Shown: positions 1 to 11,697 of the stretch, piece after piece
Numbering within the stretch: the first letter of the stretch is position 1
How the letters are laid out: each line of letters opens with the position of its first letter
Assembly: GCF_006345805.1 (NCBI RefSeq)
Contig: NC_043008.1
Location: 1,550,001-1,614,000, forward strand
Source: Octopus sinensis
Taxonomy: Eukaryota
Length of the DNA stretch: 64,000 bases
Direction: 5' to 3'
Program-made: the position numbers and the translations under genes
Notes under the pieces: generated by a model
Seen by the model: only the letters and a program-made list of their open reading frames with translations
The model's database searches: none
Told to the model about the DNA's origin: nothing

Positions 1-272
1 ACATTTTTCTGGTTGAAATACACCGAAAAATGGCGACACCGCAGTCGAAAAATCATTAAAAAATAGGGATTTTCATAGAAAAAAAGCACTTTTTTGATGT
101 AAATAATTTTTCGTGTTAACATGGTCCGATTTGAATTTTTTCTTCGACGGAGAGAAGAGCATGCCTTCTATCATACTCTCAATAATGGTAAGTTTGCACC
201 GCAGGGTCTCGGAGGAGATAATGTTAGTTGATAACATACACAGATAACGTCAGCTTTATATATATATATAGA
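1..272 (-). mobile_element. Non-autonomous Helitron, 5' part (truncated by window edge); same family as 52670-53066
   Basis: Aligns over ~270 bp with 52781-53060 (gttgaaatacaccgaaaaatggcgacac...gcagggtctcggaggagata...cagctttatatat). Plus strand ends tttatatatatatatagat, i.e. a minus-strand 5'-TC start preceded by A, as in Helitrons. Confidence 0.8.
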
Positions 273-876
273 TTACAAAGTGGCTCCTTTCAGCATTATC
301 CGAGTGCGATATTTAATTTTAGTGGAGTTACATTGTAGAAAATATGGATGTGCGATGAAAATATCTTTCTCTTTAATTTATTTTGGTTTTAAGGATAATC
401 TACTTGTGCTCATGATTTTATTAATAATCGTAAACCATTTTTTCATCTGATACGCGCTTTAAAAAGTCCTGAAATTCAAAATTAAATAGAAGTATATTCC
501 AAATAGTAAAATGCACACATATATGAAAATAGGAACGCAATGAGGAAAAATGACATTTAAAATCCCGAAGCAACAATAAATTTAGTTTGATAGAATCATC
601 AGCAAAAGTCTTCAAGGCTGAAGTCAGGCTCCAACAGAGTTAAATCTTAATGATGTTGTTCTTCATATATGATGCATCAATGAATAATATGACCGGTTCT
701 TGAAATGTCTTTGTCGTAAGAAATATATACGACAGAGATATAGAATGAGACATAGGATAGACCCATATGAACGCGATGGCTTGCAATTCTGCTTGTAGCA
801 GGTAAACCTGTAAAAACTCCCGACGTAATTTACATTATTTACATTGGACGTATGTGTCCTCATCATGTTTGTTGTT

Positions 877-922
877 AACACAACGTTTCGGCTGATTTAA
901 TCTCCAGCATTCATCAGGTGTC
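877..922 (-). ncRNA. Minimal type I hammerhead ribozyme motif (family A)
   Basis: Minus strand reads GACAC CUGAUGA AU GCUG-loop-CAGC C GAAA CGUU GUGUU. Stem I is GACAC/GUGUU, stem III is the palindrome ACGU, the site is GUU. The first stem II pair is mutated in this copy. Confidence 0.65.
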
Positions 923-987
923 TTGGAGGAATTTAGAAGCCAAACCTAGGATCTCATTACTAAAGATATTTTTTCCTGACATTGTTG

Positions 988-1115
<128 letters not shown>

Positions 1116-1268
1116 TCAAAGCATTCGCCTGGTATTGAACTCGTAGTCTTGGAGCGAGTAGCCCGCGCTCTTAACCATTACGTTATATTCGCATGGGCAA
1201 TTATAATAATATCAGCTAAAATATACCTTAGGAATGAGAATCCAGGGTTCGGATCAAAATTCCACCGG

Positions 1269-1313
1269 GCCACCTGATAAAGGTTGGAGAGCAAACCAGT
1301 CGAAACGTTGTGC
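1269..1313 (+). ncRNA. Degenerate hammerhead motif in the inverted arm of family A copy 1
   Basis: gccac ctgataa ggttgg-agagcaaa-ccagtc gaaa cgtt gtgct. Core G8 is lost; stem II still pairs using different bases. Confidence 0.5.
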
Positions 1314-1577
1314 TAACAACAAACAAGATGAGGACACATATCCGTCCATTAGAAATAATGTACAATATTGACTGGCTTTCTACGGATCCCAACATTTGCC
1401 AATTTTGAGAGTAGTATATTAGGTTCAACCCTGGCGAATAATTTACTGAAGTCGAGATATATGACATCAGAGTTCGAACCTGTTCCCAAGGCTTTAAGTA
1501 TATATTCAATGTGGTGTAGGAACTATGTTAGACAGTCCCTGTCATAGCAAAACCATGCTGATTTGCATTTAGGAGTT

Positions 1578-1691
<114 letters not shown>

Positions 1692-3027
1692 GTTTAAGTA
1701 TTATATATCCACTATATATGTATATAGATATGCAATCCATGTATCTATGTGCGGTTGTTTACTATTCATTATGATATGTTGTAATATGGTTAGATGATTA
1801 TATCTCGTTCCCCGCCACCTTACTTTGCTGGTACCTTTAATAATTAAACATAATGTAAATACACAATGATAAGCGTGGGTGCTTTGAAAAGAAATTTCAT
1901 CAAAAGAACTGAAGAAGAAGCGTGAGAGGCAATCAAACGGATAGAAATTATATCAATGAAATAAATAACATTTAAGCGTAAAGTATATTTTCCGATGATA
2001 ATAGAAATTATATCTCACCTATGATATTTATTTCGTGTTTCTTTCATATTTAGCATAAGAACTACGTTTCAACACACATTCTTTTATTTATTCTTTTTTG
2101 TAGTATCATTTACTGACTGTAATATCTAAGTGCTTTTCTAAGCTAATCGTTTCAAAGTTGATATGTATTTCATTGAGGAAGATTTAACGCATATATTCCC
2201 CAGGAGAGCGTAAATATCGTTCCATCAATCGTAAAATGATATCTAGCTGCTGATATGGCTTACAGCACGTTTATACATGTTATTGGCAAAGGGGATTGGA
2301 TTATCGGAGAAATTGTAATGCCTGTTTATCTCAGAGAAAATTTTATGGATATTATTAGGTTGAAAAGTAGAGTACAAGGGAAAAAACAGCGAACGGGTAA
2401 TCATGATTTATACAGTTATCTTCCCAAGAAATAACGTACAATCGTTATTACAGTAGGGAGAACTTTTGGTGGCTCGTTGATAGAATTACGTATTATTTAT
2501 ACTTGTATATGTATGTATATATATATATATATAAATATATATATATAAGTTAAATAGTGAGGGTGATAAATTGAATATTATTTTAATTAACATCAATTTA
2601 AAACCAGTAGCCTAGCATATACAAAAATCTGAACATTCAGAAAAATTGTAATACATGCGTATAATAGGGATGACAACTAAGTGGACATCCAATAGGCTAG
2701 AAGAAGATGACCTACGATCTAACTACAAAGAAAAGAATGTTCTCTAGAGAAATTCAGCAAACACCAGAACGTAAGCGGGTAAGACAGATGAAAATATACA
2801 AAATACAGAATTAATCGTACCGGTTTCTTCATCAACGATATTGCTTACGTAATCATCGTCCGTGGACTCTTCGGTACGATCGGTCCAATTCAATATAATT
2901 TGTAGAACTATACACGAGTTGTCCTCATAAAATTATACGTGTGTATAGTTCTACCAATAATATTGGGGTTATTTTCAAATGTCTAAGTTATTATGCGCTA
3001 AATCATCTGGTCATCCCTATTATACGC

Positions 3028-3050
3028 ATATATATACATATATATATATA

Positions 3051-3110
<60 letters not shown>
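3028..3110. repeat. (TA)n microsatellite
   Basis: Direct reading. Confidence 0.98.
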
Positions 3111-3114
<4 letters not shown>

Positions 3115-3307
3115 TTTTCATTTCCCAGTCTTGCTGTAATAAAACTTGGAGATAGAAAAAGACATATTAAATATTAAGCAAATTACAGTGATACTTATGT
3201 GTATGTGATTTGGATATCAAAGGCATTTTAAATAGGTAGTGCAGGCGAAATACTGAAATGAGGGCAATGGGACACATGTATGTTGGTGATATGCTACTTT
3301 CTATTAC

Positions 3308-3444
3308 AGAGAGAAGGAGAAAGAGAGAGAGGGAGCTACAATAAAAGAGAGGGAGAGAGAGCGAGAGAGACATTGAGAGAGTTAGAGAAAATAGAGGTAA
3401 GAGGGGAAGGGAGAGACAGGGAGAGAGAGAGAGAGAGTGAGAGG
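3308..3444. repeat. GA-rich polypurine low-complexity tract
   Basis: Imperfect (GA)n run. Confidence 0.9.
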
Positions 3445-4644
3445 AGATGTGATCATACTAAATGTTTGTAGCGGTTGCAGTAAATGGTAACCAGGGGAAA
3501 TGAATGAGCGCATGTGTAGCATTAGATAATAGAAAGAGAACGACTGTTCCGGGTTTAAATGTTGCTGTCTTTAGCTTTACGTTAACCTTGCTGAAGTAAA
3601 CTTATGATAAAAGATTCGCTAAAATCATACATGTTACATTTACACTGGAACATGCTTTGTCAGCCAAGTAACGTAACACATTTCAATATATTAGATGGCG
3701 ATTCCACCGATTGTTTTGAAATCGGGTAATAACTTAAATGTTATTTCTTCTCTGCCTCTCATCTCAATGTGCAGCATTCGTTATTTTGTCCTCGAAAGAA
3801 TGGTTCATTCCTAAACATAAGCTATGAAATATATTTGAATATTCTACGACATCATTTGTTCCAATGGGGAGGGGAAGATAAAGAAAGGATTTTAAATGCG
3901 TTATTTTTCATTGGCCATTGACGAAAAGTAAAGGGAACATCTTAAGAAAACATTAACACAGATATCAATATTAATTAAGAAGATATTAGTACGTGCAAAC
4001 AGAGTGTGAACGACATTTATGAGGACAGTGGAGATTGCAACGTTATTGATAGATAAATGGCAATTTATGTCTGCTTGTGCGCTTGGCTGTTACATAGGAG
4101 CACATTGTTACAAAACATTAACACATCTATCAATATAAATTAAAAAGTTCCTACATATCAACGGGGTTTGACCTTTCTGATGACCGATTAATTGTCTAAA
4201 AGGAGAACAGTTCTTCATGCAACGCCTGTCGGTTGGCTGAAGTGACATGTAAGGCAATCGTCATTCATGGTATATTCGTGAATAAGTCTCTAACGGGAAT
4301 AAGGGGATTTATTGTTGAGGAAAATACGATTTACTTGGTTATCAGTTGTTCTGGGTAAAGTGCAAAAATAAGCGCAACAGTTCTGCTTGATTTATAAAGA
4401 AAAATGAATGGGTTATTTCCCCTTGACCGTTAAACGAAAATAGATGATTGATATCAGGATCACTTCTCTAGGCCGTAGCCGTTCAAATATAGATTTTTTT
4501 GTTAAACTGAAATGAGCCTAGTAACAAGGTAGATGTTATTTTAACATGTATGCACAATTTCACGAAGATTCATTTACGAGTGTAAACGGCAACTTGACAC
4601 AAACAAAAAGACATCCATTGAGACTGCCGTTTATATGTAAGGGG

Positions 4645-4975
4645 TAAAGACCCCCTTCGGTCATGAATGACCATGGGATTGCACCTAGAAAGTTACCCTC
4701 CTAGACACAAGTCCGGGCAAGGTTGTTTATGGAAGGCTAGCAGTCGCCCATGCATACCAGCCTCCCCTCTCCACGCCACCAGTGTTATCCAAGGGAAAGA
4801 CAAAGGTCGATACAGCTTGGCACCTGTGACGTCGCAACTCATTTCTACAGCTGAGTGAACTGGAGCAACGTGAAATAAAGTGCCTTGCTCGAGAACACAA
4901 CACGCAGCCCGGTCCGGGATTCGAGCTCACAACCTCACGATCGTAAGCTCGACGCTCTAACCACTGAGCCATGCG

Positions 4976-4978
<3 letters not shown>
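4645..4978 (-). mobile_element. tRNA-derived SINE (head type 1) with shared 3' stem-loop tail
   Basis: Minus strand begins aggcgcatggctcagtggttagagcg (A box) ... gagctcgaatccc (B box). The tail gacccccttcggtcatgaatgaccatg is shared with 9893-10351. Confidence 0.88.
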
Positions 4979-5036
<58 letters not shown>

Positions 5037-5072
5037 ATGTATATGTGTATATATATATATATATTATATATA

Positions 5073-5105
<33 letters not shown>

Positions 5106-5392
5106 ATTTCAACAATTGAGGGTTAAATTAATTAATTATTAATCAATTTTACCAAGTATTCAGTATGTAAAGGGACCATTTAAGGCGAATTCAATTATTA
5201 CATTATATAAAAGGGCTTAGTAAAATAAATTACTTTGCCACATACTGAACTCATTAGAAATAGCAGCTAAAAAATTTTTTTTAAACTATTTCTAATACTT
5301 AAAGTAAATCTCTCTCATATAGTGTTTGCTCAAGTCAACTCACGAAAGTATGAGGGTAAAAACATTAAAACATCACAAATGCAAAGGTTATT

Positions 5393-5444
5393 TGAGAACG
5401 TACGTTTCTAGATTAGTCAAATCGACATTTCTTTCGTCAGCTCA
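5393..5444 (-). ncRNA. Minimal type I hammerhead motif (family B, forward unit)
   Basis: UGAG CUGACGA AAGA-AAU-GUC-GAUUU-GAC-UAA-UCUA GAAA CGUACGU U CUCA. Stem I is UGAG/CUCA; stem III is the palindrome ACGUACGU. Confidence 0.7.
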
Positions 5445-5697
5445 GAATTCCTTGGTTCGGATTTGGGAACACTGAAAGCGGGAGCATACCCTCTCAGCTT
5501 CCTATCACTTCTGAAGATCTGCTCGGAATATCAGTGTTAGCAAATTCAAAATATGCAAGCGAAGAATTTCTGCTCTCCCCTTTCCACCAGCGTGGGTTAA
5601 AATTAGTAAACACTTTGTTTTATCAGTAAAGAAGTGATAGGAAGCTGAGAGGGTATGCTCCCGCTTTCAGTGTTCCCAAATCCGAACCAAGGAATTC

Positions 5698-5749
5698 TGA
5701 GCTGACGAAAGAAATGTCGATTTGACTAATCTAGAAACGTACGTTCTCA
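5698..5749 (+). ncRNA. Minimal type I hammerhead motif (family B, inverted arm)
   Basis: Exact mirror of 5393-5444 on the plus strand: tgag ctgacga ... gaaa cgtacgt t ctca. Confidence 0.7.
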
Positions 5750-5944
5750 AATAACCTTTGCATTTGTGATGTTTTAATGTTTTTACCCTCATACTTTCGT
5801 GAGTTGACTTGAGCAAACACTATATGATAGAGATTTTCTTTAAGTATTAGAAATAGTTTTAAAAAAATTTTTTAGCTGCTATTTCTAATGAGTTCAGTAT
5901 GTGGCAAAGTAATTTATTTTACTAAGCCCTTTTATATAATGTAA

Positions 5945-6005
<61 letters not shown>

Positions 6006-6045
6006 GAAAGAATGGAGTTGAACGACGAATTAACAAAATTCCTTT

Positions 6046-6130
6046 ATTTACGACATATGTTTCGAAGGCTGCATATTCCTAATTGCGAAGGAATAAGGAG
6101 TATATTATGCTGCTTTCTCATCAGGAAAAT
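6046..6130 (-). ncRNA. Type I hammerhead ribozyme motif with intact core (family C)
   Basis: AUUUUC CUGAUGA GAAAGCAGCAUA...UAUGCAGCCUUC GAAA CAUAUGU C GUAAAU. Stem II has 10/12 pairs, stem III is the palindrome ACAUAUGU, the triplet is GUC, and stem I has 5/6 pairs (one U-U). Confidence 0.8.
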
Positions 6131-6179
6131 CAAGGAACTTATGTCAACATCATGATGCACAAAAAACTTTTAGATGACT

Positions 6180-6445
6180 GCTCACACCATTATTCAACTT
6201 TCAGAGATGAGAGAAAACAACACAGCACGGGACTAAGTAAATTAGTTTGGCGTCTGAAGGACAGCAATACAACTTTCAAACTGGAATGGTCCATATTGTC
6301 GGTGTCCTTCCCGTTTGACAAGGGCAGAAAACATTGTGACGTCTGTAATCCCGAACTTTTTCATATTTTGTTCGCCAAAGTCCCTTTAATAAATACAATC
6401 GTCGAGAGGTCCTGGCAAAAACACACCTTTCAATCATATGAATAA
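6180..6445 (+). pseudogene. Remnant of Penelope-like element GIY-YIG endonuclease C-terminal region
   Basis: Translation HYSTFRDERKQHSTGLSKLVWRLKD...LEWSIL...GRKHCDVCNPELFHI...LIN matches the H..SF...ST.LSK.IW.LK...W.IL...C.LC..EK..I...LN pattern of PLE ORF C-termini (recognised by eye). The N-terminal GIY-YIG motif and RT are absent. Confidence 0.75.
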
Positions 6446-7107
6446 TGATTAATATAGATAGCCCCTTGAATTTTAATTAATATAACTTTTTTTAAATATA
6501 TTTCACCCCTATAGTCAATAAATTCTTTTTATACTTTCAAAGAACTACTACCCAAGCCAGTGACGTATGTGTTACCTTTGTCCCTATACCTCGCCCTTCT
6601 CTTTCTCTCTCTTTCTTTCTCTTTCTCTTTCCCTCTATCTATAGTAAGCACAATTAAACACACAAACAGAAACTGTTCACCTCACCACTGTCTGTTTTCT
6701 GACACCCACCCATCCACATACAGAATCACGCACACACACATTAATGCCGTTATATACAGTCACACACACAGACACTCATTCACAAAAGAAAAATTCACCA
6801 TTCATTTGAACTGCACCCTTTCACCTTCCTATTCTTATGCCTCTCTTCTCCTACTTCGTTTGAACCCTTGAAACTTGAGAACCTTCTAGAATCTTCTACA
6901 TCCAACCATTTTGACGTCACTCCTTATAAAGAAATTTTGTTAATTCGTCGTTCAAATCCATTCTTTCATATATTTATATTAAAAAAACATACAAATTTCC
7001 ACACGAAAGCACGTAACTTCAAACGTGTCTTCTCTGATGTGAATTTGCTACCCAGGTATCGGTTAACCGAATCATCCATAACAAGACAATTCATAACAAG
7101 ACAACTA

Positions 7108-7168
<61 letters not shown>

Positions 7169-7195
7169 ATAACAAGACAACTACTCATATATATA

Positions 7196-7239
<44 letters not shown>

Positions 7240-8200
7240 ATGTCTTTGTGCAAATGGTTCCCGTCTACCAAATCCACTGGGGAGGCTTTGCCTTGACTTG
7301 CCTATATTCGAAGACGATTGCCCGAGATGCTTTTCTTAGAGTCTTAACCCGGAAAAGTAGAGTTTGTAAGCAAGCGTTTACCACACAGCGACATCTGCGC
7401 CTATATCGGTATACAGTGGAAAGATTCCCCAAAATACAGAGAATATTTTGAAAATCTAAAATGTTATGATATATGAAGATTGTAACGGCAGTATCACCAA
7501 ATGTTTATGAATACATAAAGAATTTACTACTGTGTCGCTGCTAATTTGTGACAGTGAAAGGGAAAAACGAAAAGACAATAAACACACATTGTCATAGATG
7601 TTAGAGTCTGCGTTGGACAACATCTAGTTGTGCAATTAATGTAATGGAGATGGATGTGGATATTAAATCAGATTCAAAGGTGAATAGTTTTCACTGCTTC
7701 ATATTTTATAAAACTGAGGAAGATTACTTTTATGTGCATCTGCGTCACATTAATAACACCTTTCGTATTGAAAATTTTAAACATATTATTTGGTTCTAAA
7801 AGCAACAAATATAGCAATGCATAAATATTTACTGACAAATTTCTAATGTGCATGCCATTAAATATACACGAAATTCCAATCTCTAATAAATGTCAGTTAG
7901 TTTTAAATATTTGATCATGCTGAGGTAGCCTGAAGCAAACCCTATCGTTATTACGTATGATATTCAGTAAGTTCTTCAAAGTGTATTTATTGAACAATGT
8001 CATTTTAGAGAAATCTTCGCAATTAATATACAGTCATGTAATAATAAATTCATTGCATGTGTAAAGTATCTAAATTAAAAGCATTATTTGTTGTTTTCTC
8101 CTAATAGACTTTTCTGAAAGATTTAGCATTAATTATTTACGATCTCCAGTTTGTATGTGTGTTCCTGTGTGTATATACGTATATATTTCATGTACATGCG

Positions 8201-8252
<52 letters not shown>

Positions 8253-9892
8253 TTGCGTGTGTGTGCATTTGTGTGTGTATGTATGTATTTATGTATTTGT
8301 GAGTGTGTGTGTGTGTGTGTGTGTAATATACTACAGGGATTAAGTTGTATACATACGTAAATTAATATCAAAACACGATTAGTGCTGAGGTCGAATTCGT
8401 TCATAAACTTCCATTTTAAATACAACTACAAATGCAGCGATGTGATAACTGCCTAACAAACAGCTGGTAATAGGAAAAGTTTCGATCACGCTGGTGCATG
8501 CGTAATAGAATAAAAGATCAAAGAGTCACAGAGCAGGTATCAGCTCAGATTATGGCAAATTTATTTTCTATACAAGATATAGAGTGACAGAATACATAAG
8601 GTTTTATAAATCAGGGCAGATCAGAAAGAGTCCACAGAGGGATGGTTATAATATCAGCGCAGTATTCTTGTATGTGAGGAGACAAATGTTTCTACGTGGG
8701 GAATTGTGAAAGAGACACTTCAGGACATAGAACAGTGAAACGTTGAATCGCTGAGTGTTGGAGTTTTCAGTTCGGCTAGACACTCTGGAAGCGGCAATGT
8801 GTGAAAGAGAGCCAATAATTAATGAGTCGAAAATTGGATGTTAAAAGATAATGCACTCATCCAGAATAGCTGTTTGTGTGGCAGGTTTAGGGAAGTAGCA
8901 GATGGAAGGGAAAAGTTAAGGTAAGAGAAGGTGAGAATGAGAAAATAAGTAATGCCTTAACACGCAAAGGGATTATGGAGTCGTAAATTTGCCGAGCAGC
9001 ATTCCAATATACAAATCCCTCTGAAACAACGAGAGGATGCCAATATATTGTTGGCTGCCGAGAGATTACAAGCACTGCATCAATTATGCAACTATTTTTG
9101 TAACAGTTGTAAGGTGATTATACACATTCTGTCTTCTCTTTCGGTTCAAAGAATTTATTTGTGATGACCCAATTCTTCATCCCAACTGTCATGAATATTA
9201 AGCGCTTACATAATGGCTCTTCCGGGTGTCTCTTTACATGCATCGTGAAATGGATCTGTCGTTGATCTCTTGTAATTTAAACTCCTTTATGTATTCAGTT
9301 CCTTCTATGCATTGTAATTTAATACATATTTCTTTTCGGCAAAGTGCAATAAGCCAATATAATATATTATATATTTAAAGGCGATGAGCAATATTTATTA
9401 TTAATTGTGTTTAATTTTTATTCAGATATATTTTGTAATTTCTTTGCAACTCTGAAATAATTAGAGGTATTATGCATATTGCCCTGCGCCTGTGTTCTGT
9501 TATTATATGTCTGTTATCAAGTAGATTTATGAAATTATAAACGTTTATAGATTTTCTGATTGATATTAAGAGAACAAAGTCGCAAGTCGACGTTGCAAAG
9601 AAAGGTTAATTTTGCTGTACGTTTATGATTAGACAATACTTTCAAATATCAACATAGACATGACTAAACAGCATCGAAAACAATGCTTGAATTTTCGGAA
9701 GAACCATGTTTACTGTAGAAATTCCGAAGCATAGACAAACATGTTCATATTGTTTATATTTCACTTATTTGAAATACATTATATATTACACTGTTATTTT
9801 AAATTAAGTTAATCTTAAATAAATGACGCTGATTTGATCTTTGAAATTGAATTGAGCGTTATGCGACCTTCAATTTAATTATTGTTTTGTTG

Positions 9893-10351
9893 TGACCCCC
9901 TTCGGTCATGAATGACCATGAGATTGCTCCTACAAAGTTACACTCCGAGGCACAAGTGCGGGCAAGGTTGTTTGTGTAAGACCAAGCATATCAGCTTCTC
10001 CTCTCCACGCCACCGATGTAATCCAAGGGAAAGGCAAAGGCCGACACAGCTTGCATGATAACGTGCAAGTGGCTGAGCTCTCCACAGAGACGTGTACCCT
10101 TAACGTAGTTCTCGGGAAGTTTTAGCGTGACACAGAGGGTGAGAGGGCTAGCACTTTGAAATACAGGTACAGCAGGAACAGGAAGAAAAAGTGAGAGAAA
10201 GTTGTAGTGAAAGAGTACAGCAGGGTTCACCACCAACCCATGTCGAGCCTCGTGGAGCTTTAGGTGTTTTTGCTCAATAAACACTCACAATGACCGGTCT
10301 AGGATTCGAAACCGCGATCCTACGACCTAGACACTAGGCGAGAGCGCCTCC
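9893..10351 (-). mobile_element. tRNA-derived SINE (head type 2) carrying the same 3' tail as 4645-4978
   Basis: Minus head ggaggcgc...cctagtg...gtcgtaggatcgcggtttcgaatcc matches 15381 and 26449. The tail gacccccttcggtcatgaatgacc...caagggaaaggcaaaggccgacacagcttg matches 4645-4830. Confidence 0.85.
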
Positions 10352-10400
10352 ACTAATTTCCTTATACAAGGTAATATTTAGTAGACGTACACTTAATTGT

Positions 10401-10712
10401 GGAGACACATGACCTAGTGGTTAGAGCAGCGGACACTGGATCGCGGTTTCGAATCTCAGAGCGGGCGAAGTGTGTGTTTAAAGGAGAAATACCTAAGCTC
10501 CACGCGTCTCCAGCAGAAGATAATGGCGAACTTTTACTGACTCTTTCGCTAGAACTTTCTTTCACTCTTTCCTCCTGCATCCTGCACCTCACCTGCGGCG
10601 GACCGGCGTCCCGTCCCATTGGGGTACCTATGCGCCAATGAAACCGGAAAATTGGCTCTTATGAGTCAGGCATGGCTCCAGAAGGAACAAAGAACGTCAA
10701 CAACAACATTTA
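10401..10712 (+). mobile_element. tRNA-derived SINE (head type 2 variant, tail type ctgcg..ggaccggcgtcccgtcc)
   Basis: A box acctagtggttagagc and B box ggtttcgaatc; homologous to 25345-25558 and 29069-29368; ends in (AAC)n. Confidence 0.85.
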
Positions 10713-11354
10713 ATTGCCATATACCTCATGTAATCTTTTAATCCTATTTGGATTTAATTTATCAGTGATTCAATTATGCCATATCAGATATATCTGCTTA
10801 AATCTTGTTCTAATCCATATCTAAATCTGATAGGAATTGCAATTAACTTTATATCAATCCAATATCTGAATAATTAAATTTTAGATATTGGATAAACAGG
10901 TGCATCAAATTAGGACAACCTTATATGATATAATTTCGCTAGTTTAATATTGAAAAATATTAGCAAAGCCCATGATATGAAACATTTTGTAACTGGTTTA
11001 CTTTGAGTTATTTTATTGTTTCTATGAAGTCAGGTTTTTTGACCCAGTAAAACATTTCTTCATATAGATTTGAGCATACAGATGCTCGATTAAGAAGGAT
11101 AACTACTTTAGACTTTAATTTTTCAAAGACTTGTAATCAGAAAGCTATAAACGAAGAATCTATATCCATTCTTGTGAATAATACTTTATTTCCAGAATCC
11201 TCTATTAGATGGATAAAACAAGTGTAACGCAGTCTATTTTAGTGCTGGAAGCACGGCATAACACTTTTCAAATTGTTGCTATATGAAAAGAATTCTTGGA
11301 TTAAATCACAGAAATGGAACGTTTGACAGGATTCCAAACAAAAAACCTTTACTT

Positions 11355-11558
11355 TATTTACATTATTTACATTTTGACGGGTATTTGCCCTTACCCTGTT
11401 TCTTGTTAACACAAAGTTTCGGCTGATATACTCTGCAGCCTTCATCAGGTGTCTTGGGGAAATTTCATTTCGAAACTGAGTTCGCATTCCTAAGGTATTT
11501 TTCGTTGTTGTTGTTGTTGTTGTTGACGTTGTTGTTGTTGCTGTTGTTGTTTTTGTTG

Positions 11559-11624
<66 letters not shown>

Positions 11625-11697
11625 TGACTGCTTGGAATTGAATTCGGAATCTTGGGATTAGTAGCCTCCGCTCATAACCACTATGCCATATACCCAT
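11355..11697 (-). mobile_element. Family A element, copy 2: tRNA-like head + (AAT)n/(AAC)n + HHR tail, no inverted arm
   Basis: Minus strand: tggcatagtggttatgagcg (A box) ... gaattcaattcc (B box), then the microsatellite, then a tail homologous to 829-995. Confidence 0.85.
11408..11453 (-). ncRNA. Minimal type I hammerhead motif (family A, copy 2)
   Basis: GACAC CUGAUGA A GGCUG-CAGAGUAUAU-CAGCC GAAA CUUU GUGUU. Stem II is a perfect 5 bp and stem I is intact, but the stem III palindrome is mutated (ACGU to ACUU). Confidence 0.65.

Larger units (their letters stand above)
5108..5949 (-). mobile_element. Family B HHR-bearing repeat: one ~520-bp unit plus a near-perfect 320-bp inverted copy (foldback)
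   Basis: Arms 5193-5512 and 5630-5949 are reverse complements with about three differences seen by eye; spacer is 117 bp. Homologous to 19893-20182 and 25566-26434. Flanked on both sides by (TA)n. Confidence 0.9.
6003..6970 (+). mobile_element. 5'-truncated Penelope-like retroelement (family C): inverted 5' pLTR with HHR, GIY-YIG C-terminal remnant, 3' UTR and direct pLTR tip
   Basis: 6003-6045 is the reverse complement of ~6925-6970 (aaggaattttgttaattcgtcgttcaa.tccattctttcat). An HHR lies in the inverted arm, and the ORF remnant between the arms resembles the PLE endonuclease C-terminus. Confidence 0.8.

Noticed and set aside
4170-4215. CUGAUGA at ~4177 (similar isolated cores at ~5510, 17041, 17080, 21592, 57465)
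   Set aside because: No GAAA in register or no pairing stems I/II; expected by chance in 64 kb.
4667-4972. ORFs overlapping SINEs (also 10399, 25339, 29144)
   Set aside because: They lie wholly within multi-copy tRNA-derived SINEs and are not conserved as frames between copies.
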